The translations under genes were made by a program, and so were the position numbers. A stretch of 64,000 nt of DNA. Origin: Chrysomallon squamiferum. Its lineage: Eukaryota; Animalia; Mollusca. Where the stretch lies: the NCBI GenBank assembly GCA_012295275.1, contig CM022670.1, positions 18,228,001 to 18,292,000 of the forward strand. Reading direction: 5' to 3'. Of the stretch, positions 27,418-41,606 are shown piece after piece (the first letter of the stretch is position 1; every line of letters begins with the position of its first letter). The notes under the pieces are model-generated. The model saw only the letters and a program-made list of their open reading frames with translations. It was not told the origin of the DNA and searched no databases.

Positions 27418-30400
27418 CTATTTTCCATGACTGTTGGTTCCATGGCATTCTGAAATAAATTTTAAACATAATACAGAATTCTTGTCTGAGTGATGTTTAG
27501 TATCAAACATTGTAGTACTTAGTTGACTAAGTTTTTATTGTACTCATGTATCTAGTTGTATCTTCTATATATACAATGTATAGATAAACAATTAACTTTT
27601 TATATGATTTTATCTATAGCCAAAATGAATGAAAACTCCAGTAAAAACCATTAAAACACTAAATCACAAATATTGTCCAACTAAATGAGATATTTGTATG
27701 TATTATATCAGCAATATATTAAAAAAAGACAAAAAAAAGACTGATGTAACTACTGCTATTTAAAACAGGAAATAATGATTTTTTTTTACCCTTAGACTGC
27801 CACTGATTTCTTAATGTATTTTACCCAGACACTAAATTAACTAAATTAAAAAATAACATTTAGACTTACCTCCCTTACTTGCTGAAAGATGTAAAAATTG
27901 ATTTTTGATCTGCAAATTTTTATTATAAAACTGAGAGCAAATGAAAGTAATCTTCTCATGTTATTAAATTTATTTATTATTTATTTTTAATTATTAATAT
28001 AAAATATATTTTAGCTTCACATCATCGTAAGCACAGAAATAAACCATTAATGACTCAGAGACATATTAAATTTTTTAAATAATTTTTACTGTGTGTGTGT
28101 GTAAGAAAAATAAAACCCATAAATATTCAGTCAATTTATGAAGATTGCAAATTCATTTTCTTATCAATTGTAACTTCTTTAATCTTCAATTTTGTAGTTA
28201 AAGAAAAATGAACTGAAACAAAAACTAAAGAGAGAAAAAAATTAAATATTAACAGCAGAATCAAATTTGTACTTTCAGACACAAATCCTAAAATAATTAT
28301 TTCACAACTATAGGCCTTTATAGCTTAAACCTAAAGGCCTGCTAAACAATAATAAATCTAAAATATTTTTGAAATCTGAAAAAGAACATGTAAAATTTAA
28401 AACATTTTCATAAGCAAGTTTAAAACAGGAAATAATGTAGTGATCACAAATAATGAATTTTGCTACCCTGAGACTGCTACCGATTTCTAAATGTATTTTA
28501 CTCATACTGAAAATTACAGTAGCCTTATTAGATCAACAACAGTTAATTAACTAAATTAAATTGTAATATCTAGACTTACCTCCTTTACTTGCTAAATGAT
28601 GTAAAAATAGATTTTTGACATTATCATTCGTCTAATTTAAAATATATTTTAGCTTGAAATGACCATAAGTAAAGAAACAAACCATTAATGACTGGGAAAA
28701 CAAATAGAAGATAGTAGAAAAAGATATGAATTGTGCTACTGTAAAAAAATATTATTTGACTATATATTTGTGTGTGTGTGTGTGTGTTGTGTGTGTGTGT
28801 GTGTGTGTGTGAAAATCCATAAATATTAAAAGGCCATTTATGAAGACTGCCAAATTCATTTTCTTATCAACTGTTACTTCTAAAATCTTCGTTTTCTTAC
28901 TAAAAAGAAAAATGAACTGAAACAAAAACTAAAGGGAGAAAAATAAATAATATTAACAACAGAATCAAATTTTTACTTTCAGACACAAATCCAATAATAA
29001 TTGTTTTCACAAATATAGGCCTTTTTAGCTTAAGCCAAAAGGCCAGCAAAATAATAAACTAAAATATTTTTAAAATTTGAACTTTCACTGCTGAAAAAGA
29101 ACAAGCAATAATTAAAACATTTTCATAAGCAAGTTTGTAAACAAAAAGGCAATAATAATTTAATTAAAACTAGGATTTCACCTTTTAGGTTTGAAATCCT
29201 AATAATATCTAGCAAAATAAAAGGGATTTTGCTGTCAAGCTTAAATCCCTAAACGTTAAGAATTATATAAAACTAATTTTTCTTTTTCATGATTCCCCTT
29301 CATTTTCAGAACCGCTTACAATTTTAATAAATTTGTATAATGTTAGACACTCACAGATGTTGATGATGTCAGAACATCTGGCATCAACTGGCTTTGATGT
29401 GTTGTCAAAAGCTACGACAGTAAGATAGTAGTTGTCACATGGTGGTGATCTCCACGAAACTTCAGTGTCTCTTGTCGTGGTTACCTGAAAAGCAGTTTAA
29501 AAAGTTAAATGAAATTGTAATAATGGTAAGTTCAGCAGTAAATAATAATCTCTTTGGTGCCAAAAAAGAAAACATTTAAAATTAAATTGGAGACAGCATT
29601 GTTGTCATATTTATTAATGTGTTCTTTAAAACACTTGTTTTAAAAAAAGTTAAAAAAAGAAGTTATGTAACAAAAATTTAAATGTTTAAAAAAAAAAAAA
29701 ATGTTTTTAATGTAATCACATTAAAATTTCATTACTGATAACCTTCTATACTTTCTAAATTATAATAACTTGACAATTTCTAAACTACATTAATCATGTG
29801 CTAATGTTTCCAGCTATATTTTTTATCGTTCAGTTATAAAACATCAATTATATATTTTTAAAATTTGTTTTAATTCTTTTTCATCTGGCAGGAAGGAATG
29901 TTTTATATGCACCTTCATAGACTGTAAAAACATAAAATACAGTTTTTTATATAACAATCACAGAGCACTTGTTGGGATGGGAAATGTATTACTGTAGGCT
30001 GATATATGAACTGAGCTCTGGTCTGAACTCTGAACTTTAACTAGTTGGTCACGTTCTGGAAAATATTATATTTTTTTCAAAAAGTAGTATCCATAGAAAG
30101 TTATCTCAAAGTTTTGCAAGCAGGTACATAACCTCAATATGACTTAAACATTTGAGTCTATCACTTAGAGATTGATAGTAAATAATTTACTTCTTGCTTG
30201 AACTATTTCATCTTGCACAGATGAACACTTTTTTGCACTAATTCATTTCTAGGTGGACATAATTTTAATATGGCTTGATTAATTCTATCAATACTGAATT
30301 TTAATTCCAATTAAAAACAACAACAGAATGACCCAAAAGAACACAATAAGCAGCAATACCTGGATTGTAGATGAATTTGATGAAATTTCAAATACTGAAT

Positions 30401-30578
30401 GACACTGATGCTCAAAACTGTATTTATAAAACTTTACTTCTTGCGGCCTCTCAAAAGCAGTTGTCCATGAAAACAGAGTCCCTTCCTGAATATAAATTTT
30501 GCCAGTAGGCGGTTGAATGGAAGGAAACATCTGAAATGACAGTGCAATTATCACAAACCCATTAAAATTATTATCATC

Positions 30579-30616
<38 letters not shown>

Positions 30617-32624
30617 GAATTAAGTGAATGATGAGATGGAGATGTGAGGGAAGGGAAAGAAGCATACAAAAAGATATAACACTGTAAAGAACATTTAAAA
30701 GAAAAAGCTAACATAAATAACAAATACCTGTTTTTCCATTACAGTTGAATTCTGTGCATTGTTCCACACAGTTACAATAATATTAAAGGTGGATTTAAAC
30801 TCTTGAATGTTTATTAGTTTCAGAGTGTGGTCTTTTGAATAACAAACACGTTGTGGTGTGCAATAGCAGTTTTCAACCTCTGACTGTGAGATCAGCTCTC
30901 TACAAGATGTCACATTCTGAAAACAATTAAATAACTTTTAGAACAAAGACAAAAATATACAAGATGATGAATTTTTTTTTAAGTGGACTCAGGTTTATGT
31001 ACAATATCATGCAATTACAGTTTATGACAGAAAAGACAAATAAAATGAAAAGAGAAGTTTGGACTGTGGAAAAATAGATGAAAAAAGATAATTCCAGAAC
31101 TATTAAATCAATTTTGGATTGTATTTTCATTTAAGTTTGGACTGTGGAAAATTAGATTTGAAAAAAAATATTGTTTTATCAGTAATCTACAAGAAATTAT
31201 TGATTTGATCCTAACATAACCTAATGGAATATTATATTTTATTCCTATATTTTCATTTATTCTACTCAGAGACTGATTAAAAAAAATCCTACCAAAGGGG
31301 TAACAGTTTCTTGATTTGAAGTGATCAGTGTGTTTATTGTTTTATCAGTAATCTGCCAAGATATTTGGTCAATTCCACTGTGTGTATCTACTGCTGCAAT
31401 CTTTAATCTGAAAGACACATAGAAATAATGGACAGTTAGTTATCAAATGAAAATTGTGTTTGTGTGTTTTCACTAACTATTGGCCAAATAATAAAATACA
31501 GAATAATAGATTATGTAAAATCTTACAGATTAGACAATGTATTTTACATAAATTCAGTAAATACTAAGAGATATAAACAAACAACATTTTACTGAAATAT
31601 AGTATATCCCTCCCACAAACAGAAGTACAAATAAGAAATGAAGAAAACCCATACTTTATAGACATATTTGTGCAGTAATTTTAATTTTCTTGAACTCTAA
31701 ATAGATAGATACAAAGAAAAACTGATAGATGATATATACATACATACATAAATACATAAATATATACATACATACATATATATATATACACACATACATA
31801 CACACACACATATATATAGACACATATATACATATAATTATAAATATATTCACACACATACATACACACACAATTATAAATACACACACACACACACAAT
31901 CTGACAGAAGACAGATTTCTTACTCTATGTTTCCATTACTGCTGTCTTCTGTTAAAATGATTTTTCTGATCTCTGGAGGAGATGAATCAAAATGAACCTG
32001 TACATTTTCTGTTTTTACATTGTGTTTTATATCAAATGCTTTAACCCACAAAATAATCAGATCGCCATCTTCAAGTCGAGGAGTAAACTCAACAACTGTT
32101 TTTAACCCTTGATCTTCAAACATGTAGTCATAGGGTTCTGTTGTTTTTTCCTCAACAGCTTCACCACGGATTACATAGGCAGTCTTAAATTTAACAATTC
32201 CTGTAAATAAAGAAATAAAGAAACAAACAAATAAACAAATAATTAAATTAATAAATAAAGAAACAAGCAAAGAAACAAACAAATAATTAAATTAATAAAT
32301 AAATATTTGAATAAATAAATAAAACAAAGATAGAGGTAAAGTATAATATGTATCATCAAGAATGCCCTTTTTTAAGAATTTATTTGTATACAGACCATGT
32401 ATACATATATATATATATATATATATAAAATTAAATAATTAGAAAAACACATAGCTCAGCAGTGTTGCATAATCAGTTCTTAGATTATTGGAGCTAAAAT
32501 GCATTATCAAAATAATGCCCTGTGTTGTGTTGTGTACATAAATGATGCCTTGGTGAAAACTGAAAAGATTATAATTCTGAGAATGACTGCAGTAGGCTCC
32601 CATCATGACATTCTTCCATTACTG

Positions 32625-32679
<55 letters not shown>

Positions 32680-35600
32680 TTTAAAAAATAACAGCAACAA
32701 CAATTGTTACTTAACAAATACAAAATAATTTGTTCATAATAATAATCATAACATTGATAACAATAACAATAACAATAATTCATTCATTATTTCAACTGTA
32801 ATAACAATTAATCTGTTCGTACCGTGAATATTAGGAATCTCAAGAAGAGTTCTCTCCCCTTCCTCATCATCGTATTGCGTATCAATATCTGTGTCGTCTG
32901 CTACAGCAGCCAGCCAGTTGTTTGTCGTCTGCAACTTGTTAACAAATCTGTCGGTAAAATCCACTGTTATCTTCTTGGTATCCACTTGCCAGGTGTAGTT
33001 TGTTGATGCTGAGGCTGATGTTACACGGATAGGATGATCTTCATTTACTGTGATTGTCGAGAAAGGATCGTACATTATAATTCTACGAGCTTTTCTTTTA
33101 TTGTGAGCTTTATCAACGACTGACAGCAGAATGGAGTAGACACCAGGAGATGACAGTGTAAATTCAACAGTCTGATCCTGCAAGTAACAAAATTAATTAA
33201 TATTATTATTTAATGTAGAAATTAATGTCACAATAAAAATGACAACTGTGAGCTTCCTTGAGTCCTTAGAAGCATCCTATTTCATAAACCATAGTTCATT
33301 ATTAGTCAAAATCTTTGAAAACAAGAAATGTTGATTTGATAAAATATTTCAAGTTTAATGATAATCAAATGTAGTTTATTATCAGAAAAAAAGAAAAGAA
33401 TGAAAAATAAAAATTAAAAAAATTTTCAGCATTGTGTGAAACATATTTCTACAATATTGTATATTTTTTATATAGAAAGATAGATAGATATTTTTTATGT
33501 TTTTTTTTATCTTACCTTGCTATCATTCACGGTAGTTTGAAAAACAAGATCACCAGATTTTGATTCTAATTTTCCTGAAAAGTAGTGAAGCTGAATAGCA
33601 CTAATTGTAATTGTAGATATTCCTGATTCGTCATCCATCCATCCATTCATTTTGATATAGATTCTGGATGCATTGGCCTGACAAATAAAGAACATATTTA
33701 TTTTAACATTTTATGTGTCGTTATAATATATTTTGCAAATATAGCATAAGACAATAACCTGTTCCTACAACTGTTACTGTTAGCAGCAATGCACTTTTTT
33801 GTGTGTGTTTTAAACACAGGCAAGAATGCACATGAAATTGCTCTTAATGTATTACTCTTTTGGAACACAATGGAAATGGAACAAATCCAAGTATTAAACA
33901 TTATGTGAAGATAAAAGAGATTTGATCCAGCAGTCCTTCACTCCTCATGTCAGTTTTATGATTAGATAACTGATATTTTAAATTTCATTGACAAAGTATT
34001 ATAAATTTACAGCAAAATTATGCAAATATAAAAAATAAAAAGTATGAAAGATTTGTGTGTGTAAATTTACATGTTTTGTAATTTCTGACATAAACATTCA
34101 CCTAATCATTCATTTTAAACATTCACTTAATCATTCAGTCATTTACTTATTAATGTATTTTGAATGCATAATATATTTAACTTTCACCTGTTTAATGATA
34201 TCATTAACTCCAAGCATGTTATAATGACAAGGCAGTTTTGTGGAAATGTGGTATGGTTTCTGAAGATCAACATTTAAAGAGTAAAGTTCTGTTTTTGTCC
34301 ATCCATTGTATAAAAATGTCTCCAGAACATCAGTTTCTATGTTTTTCACTGTAACACTGCCACCATTTGATGTTTCAAATAGAAGATTAATTCTGAAAAA
34401 AAATTTGTAATAATGTAATTTTGTATGTATGAAAATGAACTGATAAAATTTAAGTAATTAGTGAGTATTATGTCAAATTTTAAAAATGAAAAATTAACTG
34501 AATAAAAACAATAACAATAAGAAAATGAAGAACAAAACAACAGTGGTAGTAATAATAAGAATGATAATAATAATAATAATAATAATATAAATAATAATAA
34601 CCACAACCCACTAGTGACAGAGCCTAATATTTCTTTTTATCTTTCTCAAAGAAATAAACAGAAAAAAAAGAGACAATATTTCCAGAGTATTGACAGAAGT
34701 GAAAAATATTAGTTTTCAATTTTCTAAAACAAGTAAATAATAAAATAAGTATATAACCCTACAAGATGATAAAATATTCTATGCTAAGCAAAAACTATTT
34801 TAATAAATTAGATAAGCATATTATGACTATGATATATTATTTTTAAGAAAACTGAATGAGTAATTTTGATCTATAGTCAGATAACGTCACTATATTACCT
34901 GGAAAATATGACCAGGAATTTAATTGCAGTTTGAAAATACTGCATTCATAATGCCTATGTCATATACATCATTTTGATACCACTCATATGTGTTTGGTAA
35001 AATATACTAAAATTAAATGTCATTAAGCAGAGAAAATTTTGTGCATATTTAACACATTTTTATGGTCCTGTTAAGTCCTTCAAAAGTATCTTTACCTTTA
35101 TAAATTCATGATTTTAAATTATGACTGCATGGTATATATATTTATTATTATTTTTTATTACTTTTTTGTTTAGTGCTAACTTTTAGTATTCTGATTTAAT
35201 TTCAAATCTGCTGTACAAGGTTACATTTCATTTTTGTTTTCTTATTATTCAGTGTAATTACCTGTCCCTGTTATGGAGTTGCAGAGTTTCTGGTGGTAAA
35301 TCAGACATTGTGAGTGTCTCAACACAACTGTCCAAATGAGTTTTAGAGTTATTCACATCTACATCCATGCAAGTCCTGCTGATGTTAAACATAACATCTC
35401 TTCCTGTAGGAAATGTTTTAATTCTTATAATAATAGATATGTAACAGATATGTAGATTTTAGCGATGTTTTAAAGAAAATAACATCATCTAAAACAAATA
35501 ATAAAAAGACTATATTACTTAAAGATTTATCAGGCTATAAAGTAATTTTTTTTTTTTTAAATTCTGTGTAATTATTAATCACAACACTATCCCTAACCTC

Positions 35601-35925
35601 TAATAAGTTGAAAAGTAAATTTTCCATGGACAATTCCTGTATTAAAATTAGTTATGTATGCAGGTCTGGGAGGCAGTGTGTCAGATGACTGGACAGCATA
35701 ATGAACAGACAGATTATAGTGGACTGACGTCACGTTTATTAAATTAATCCATAAAGTTGAATGTGATGTGCTGTCAAGATCAAACATGTTTCCATCACCA
35801 GTCATCTGCAGTTTCTCATGCATCACTGGAATGTTTAAAACTGAAAAATAATTTTAAAATTTAAATGTGATTTAAGTTTTAATTATATATTTGTGCGTGT
35901 TTCATTATAAATAAGAAACAAATGA

Positions 35926-35970
<45 letters not shown>

Positions 35971-38900
35971 TATATAAAATACTTTTATGCATATCTTAAT
36001 TTCTAAAAAAAAATTCTACTCACTTGTTTCAAAGTGGTGACCTGTTGTATGTGTACTAATAATTAGGTAATTAATATTTACAACATTCTCACTTCTTTCA
36101 CAATGTATGTGTACTAATATTTAGATAATTAATAATTACAATATTGTAATTTGTTTCACAATGGTGGTCTGTTATATTTAGGTATTTAATAATTAAATAT
36201 ATACATCCTTATTTCACATTGTATAGTTACGAATATTTAGATAATTAATAACTAAAATATTCTCACTTGATTCACAATGGTGACCTGTAAATCCAGGATG
36301 ACATTTACAGTTGTCAGCCAGTTCTCCATCACACTGACCTGGATAACATCTTGTACTGTCATGACGCCATGAACAGGCTTCTGTTAATAAAGTGCATTAT
36401 CTTAAATAATGTATTTACAATAGCATTTCATAAGTACATACAGAATAATGATGTAAAGTGTCAAATATTACATATAATAGTACATATCTAAATTAGGCTT
36501 CTGAAAGAATATATAAACAGAAAAATAAAGTTTAAATAATGATCCTCAATTTCATATATTTGATAAGTCTCTGGATGACATTCTGGAAAAAGATAAATGT
36601 TACGTTATGATGGAGGTTTTGTAAAGGCCAAAATAGGTATCATGGTATTAAATGACTCAAAATGTTCTTCAGGTATCTACATAATATTAAGAGACTGAAA
36701 TTACTTACTTCTGCAGTTTCGTTTGTCAGAAGTGATCAGATAGGCACGGAGTCCAGCTGTTTCACTGACCACACCCTCACAATGTGAACATGTTTCATCA
36801 CTTTTTGTTGTGCATTCTTCAAAGTCACAATGGCTTATTGAATGACACACTGAAAGTTTGAAAATTTGAAAATAACATTAAGTTTTTTATCTTTGATTAT
36901 CATAAATATAAGTAAATTATCAAAAATGTACCATAGATGCTGTGAACAATAGCAAAATCCAAAAATTCAAATTACAGCTTCACTAAATTAATTATTCCAA
37001 TTTACTTTTTGCCAATAATAAACTATAACAAATTCACAAAGGATTATGGTTACTTCCTAGACTGAGTCATCAAGTCAAAATACAATTATTTCAATATCCT
37101 TTAGAAATACAGTTCTTAAAATATCTAAACAGTAATATAAAATTCTGTAAGTCAGGGTTTTGTTATCACTATTAAAATATCTTGTGGTAGATAAAAGCGT
37201 TATTAGTGACAGATTTTGTTATCACTTACTGTTACAATATCCTGCAGCTGGATAGAAGCCTTTATTACAATCTGTGCAATTGTTAGGGGCAACGCAGATC
37301 CCTCCACTGTCTTTATGAACTGTGCCATTTTCATAGATGATGTGACTGTTGTTGAAGTGTACATTACAGTGAAAACCATCTGAACCACTACAAACAGCTG
37401 TGAATAGATTATATTAAAATTTTAGTTCATTGTTCAGAAAATTATTTATTCATAACTCTGTGTGTGCCCATACGCGCATATGTGTGTGTGTGCATGTGTG
37501 TGCCAGTCATAAGAAGCAAACACAAATAATGTTGATTTAGTAATTAATGAAACAAAAAACAAAAAGAGTTAACAAAATAAAATAAAAACATTATTTAATA
37601 ATATTATGATCTGAATGCAAAAGCTACAGAATAATATTTAAATATATGAGAAATGGATATAATTAAATTTAAAGCTTGAATATTTTTTTATTGGAAATCA
37701 CAAATACACACTTTGGTCAGAGATATAAGTTATAATAATTAAAATGAATTGAAAAAGCAAATAAAAGTGAAGTAATAAAATGTTTTGTTTTCGTTTTTAA
37801 ATATAATCTAAAATGTATTTGATTAAAGTATACAACAATTTTGATACAAATGTACTTTTTCGGCTGTTTTACTTTCAACTCAGGATCTATCACTAAAGAT
37901 TTCTGTGACTGTAGTAATAATCTGAACTCACGTGAACATGACAATGAGTCTGATGATAGATGGAAACCATCAGAACATTCACAACGTCTGCCAACTGCTG
38001 TTGGAATACAGATCTGTTCACAGCCATTATTATTTTCTGAACAGGCATTGGTATCTGTAACATATATATCTTATACTTTCCACAAAGCAAATTGTTATAT
38101 TAGAGATCCATCCCCTAAAAAGTAGTGCCAAATGTTGATTTAAAAATTATGAAAGGGATATTTCACATTTTAAAAATAGTTTAAACCCACATCCATGCAT
38201 ACACACACACATGCACACAATCACACACACAAATACATACACAAGCACACATACAAAAATAAACACAGACATACAATAAACACATCCCATGTGCACTTAT
38301 GTCAATAAAGCTTCTTTTATTTTCTGTTAAATATATATGACACACACACACACACACACACACAAAAAATACTCATTTATAACACAGCAAGTTTTCAACT
38401 TTACCATGTGACTGCTTTTGAAAATTCATTCTTAAAGTACACATTTGTACAGCATAAAATCATTCCCATAGATGCAAAAAAAAAACAGAATTTGACATAA
38501 TATATATATATATATATATATATTTATGTTGGTTCCTAAATGCATAACCTGTTATTTACTTGTCATAATTAAAAAAGAAAAATGGTAAATAAATAAATGC
38601 AGTAAATAGGAAAGAAGTGTTTAATCTTAATTAATTATTCAGTTGTTGATAGTTTAACACTCAATGGTTCATTCGTAGAATTAACTTTATTTATTTATTT
38701 TATTTTTTTTATTTTTTTTTTTCTTACCATTATGAAATGTACCAGCCTGAAAAACAGTTATTCCATTTAGACGTTGAAACCTGGGTGCTGTAATTTTTGT
38801 GATGTTGCGTCCATCTAAATATACCCTATGAAGTTCACTGTTTAAAAAAAAAGAAAAGAAAATGCATTGAAAGCCTTCCCCATATGATCTAGCCACTCTT

Positions 38901-41561
38901 ACTTAATTTGTATAAACTACTTTATTGGGTTTACTTCTAAATGTAGAGCTATTTTCATAAAACTGTCTTACTGTTATATTTACTTAACCACAAAGTGAAA
39001 CCTTTTTTTGACTCTTTTTAGTTAAATATAGATTTTTCAAAAAATATTTAAATTCATTTTACTTACTTTGAACCCCAGTCAGAGAGGTAGAGGATTTCTT
39101 GAAAAAGATATATTCCAAAAGGATGTTGTAGTGTACCAGATGAGAGAACAGTTCTGTTACTGCCATCAAAACCCATTTCTTCAACTGTATCCAATTTTGC
39201 ATCGCACCAGTACATCTTTTGTGCTAGCAAACAGTGAAATCAAATAAAACAAATAAAAATAAGACTGAAGGAAAGAACTATAAATACACTTACTTTTTTT
39301 CTTTCTGTAGAATAATTTAATTCTAACAATAATCACAAAAAAAAAAGGTTTTAAGTTTGAAGCCTTATAAACATTAAATAAAAATGTTTTTAGCTGTATT
39401 TCACACCTGGTCATTCATTCAGTCAGTCATTACCTTGTACATCTAGTGTTATTCCATTTGGCCAAACTAAACTACTGGAAACCAGAACTGTGCGGTTTTC
39501 TCCTAAATATGTGGATTTCTCTATCTTTGGTTTTTCTCCCCAATCTGTCCAATAAATCCATCTGCAAAAAGCAGAAAAAAAACTCATTAGATTACTATTA
39601 CTGATAGTGATTAGATTACAGATATACCAGGTTACAAGATCAGTTCTTCTCACACACAAATGTTTATCTGTTATAATGGTTATGTCTGTAAAATCCAGTA
39701 CTCCAGCTATCTTTCAAACTTCTCTGATCTGAAAACACCATTATATCACATAACTAATTAAGTGTGTTGGTCATATCAAAGAGATATTTATTAATTTATT
39801 TCCTAACCTGGTAGACAATAATCTTTTTAATTGTTTATTATTTTTTAAATAAGTTGAAGAAAAATGATACATTTTTTTCAAATAATCAATAATCATAAAA
39901 TTCACATATTTTATCATGTAAAATTATGTACACTAAACATTAAAAACGTGTTTAAATATTTCAGAAAAACTGAATTGTAACTGACACTGCAAATAAAAGG
40001 ATAATATAAAAAATTCAATGGCAGTGGTAGCTTTCTCAAATATAATCATAACAGGCTATTTTGATCTGGTCTACCTAACATATAAAATTATTACATGTGT
40101 TATCTTGATTGTTGTGTGTTCATTTAGGCCATGATTCTATAACTTTTATATTTTAGATCTATCCAAATCTTCACAAATGTTTTCACATTAAACCTTCTGA
40201 ATAAGTTTCTTGAACAAAAAAATTAACATACTATTACATAAATGTGTCATTCAAAATTAGAATGGAGATTGTACATGCCGTAGTCTGATTTTTATTTATA
40301 TAACTGATTGTGCTTTGAATATTTTCTTCATTTAATGTATCTATTCAGATTGTGATCTACTTAATATCTTCTCTTTTTTTTTTCTCTTTTTTTCTTTCTC
40401 AAAACTGGATATTATTTAGGTATGAAAAGAAGTTGTTTTTCAAACAGCGTTTATAAATCAGTCAACCGTTACTCAAGTAGCCCAACATTATGTATACGAT
40501 AAGAAATGTAGCTATCGTTTTTCTGCACAGCTATAATACTTTGACTTTTAGGAAGATACCCTAATAAGTTATGTTTATTTACAAATAATAATATTTAAAC
40601 AGAAATAAATTAATATTTAACCGAACTTCAACATATTTTAATATTAATGACATTAGGTGCAGTTATCATATGGAATAGGAAATCCGCTACCATTGATGTA
40701 ACGTGTAAGGTTACTCTTTCAGTTAGCACCAAGTGGTATTTAGATATACCTTCTCCAAAAAAAAATAACCCTTTGACAAACCGCTTATGATTCCAGTAAG
40801 AATTAGTGCTACAGCAGCATTAAAGAGTATAACACTCAAATATGGAAGTAACTATCACATCTCACTATGAACAGTAACAACCAACTCGAAATAGATATAG
40901 TCAAATAGGAAAACAACTTATTTTATTGATATACTTTTTAAATTTAATTTAATATAGTTTTATTATTAATATCTTTTGTTTTGGTGTTACTGTTGTTATT
41001 ATTATTATCATTATTAGTACTACTTCTACTGCTATTTTTATTATATTTTTTACATTCTTCTTCCCACAGACATGTTGAATTTGCAATGTATAATAGAGTT
41101 TATTTAAGAATTTTTCTTATTATTTTTTACTATACAGTGTCGTTTCCTACCCATGAGTTCTGTCAAGAGCTATACCGCGCGGCTCGTCCAAGCCGTTTTT
41201 GATAATTGTCTTCTGATAAAATTTCCTCATTTCTATCAGAGCAATGACATCGTTTCCCGTATCAGTGTAAAACAACAACCTGGAAACTGGATCTATCGCT
41301 AGTCCATCGGGTATAGCACCTAATTATGAAAAATGTTTTAATAATAATAATAAAACAGTGCTTTAATAAGATTAAAAATAAAAAAACAACAACAACAACA
41401 AAACACACAATTAGCCCTGCTCACTAAAGATGTATGTGCGTGTTCATAGCACGCATGTGTATGTGTGTTCATTTGCAAATTAGTCCTACTAATATTATTT
41501 CTTCTGATCTAGACATGTTTTTATTCATATATTTTTGTGTCTTAGTTTGTTTATTGTATTA

Positions 41562-41606
<45 letters not shown>

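Noticed and set aside
27789-27831. Additional 7-nt or 13-nt microexon candidates next to the 12-nt microexon
   Set aside because: The 7-nt one would need an intron of about 38 nt, and the 13-nt one introduces an in-frame TAA.
28308-28505. 65-aa ORF identical to 50399-50596
   Set aside because: Identity is explained by the segmental duplication; it is intronic, and the frame is not kept in the sister tandem unit.
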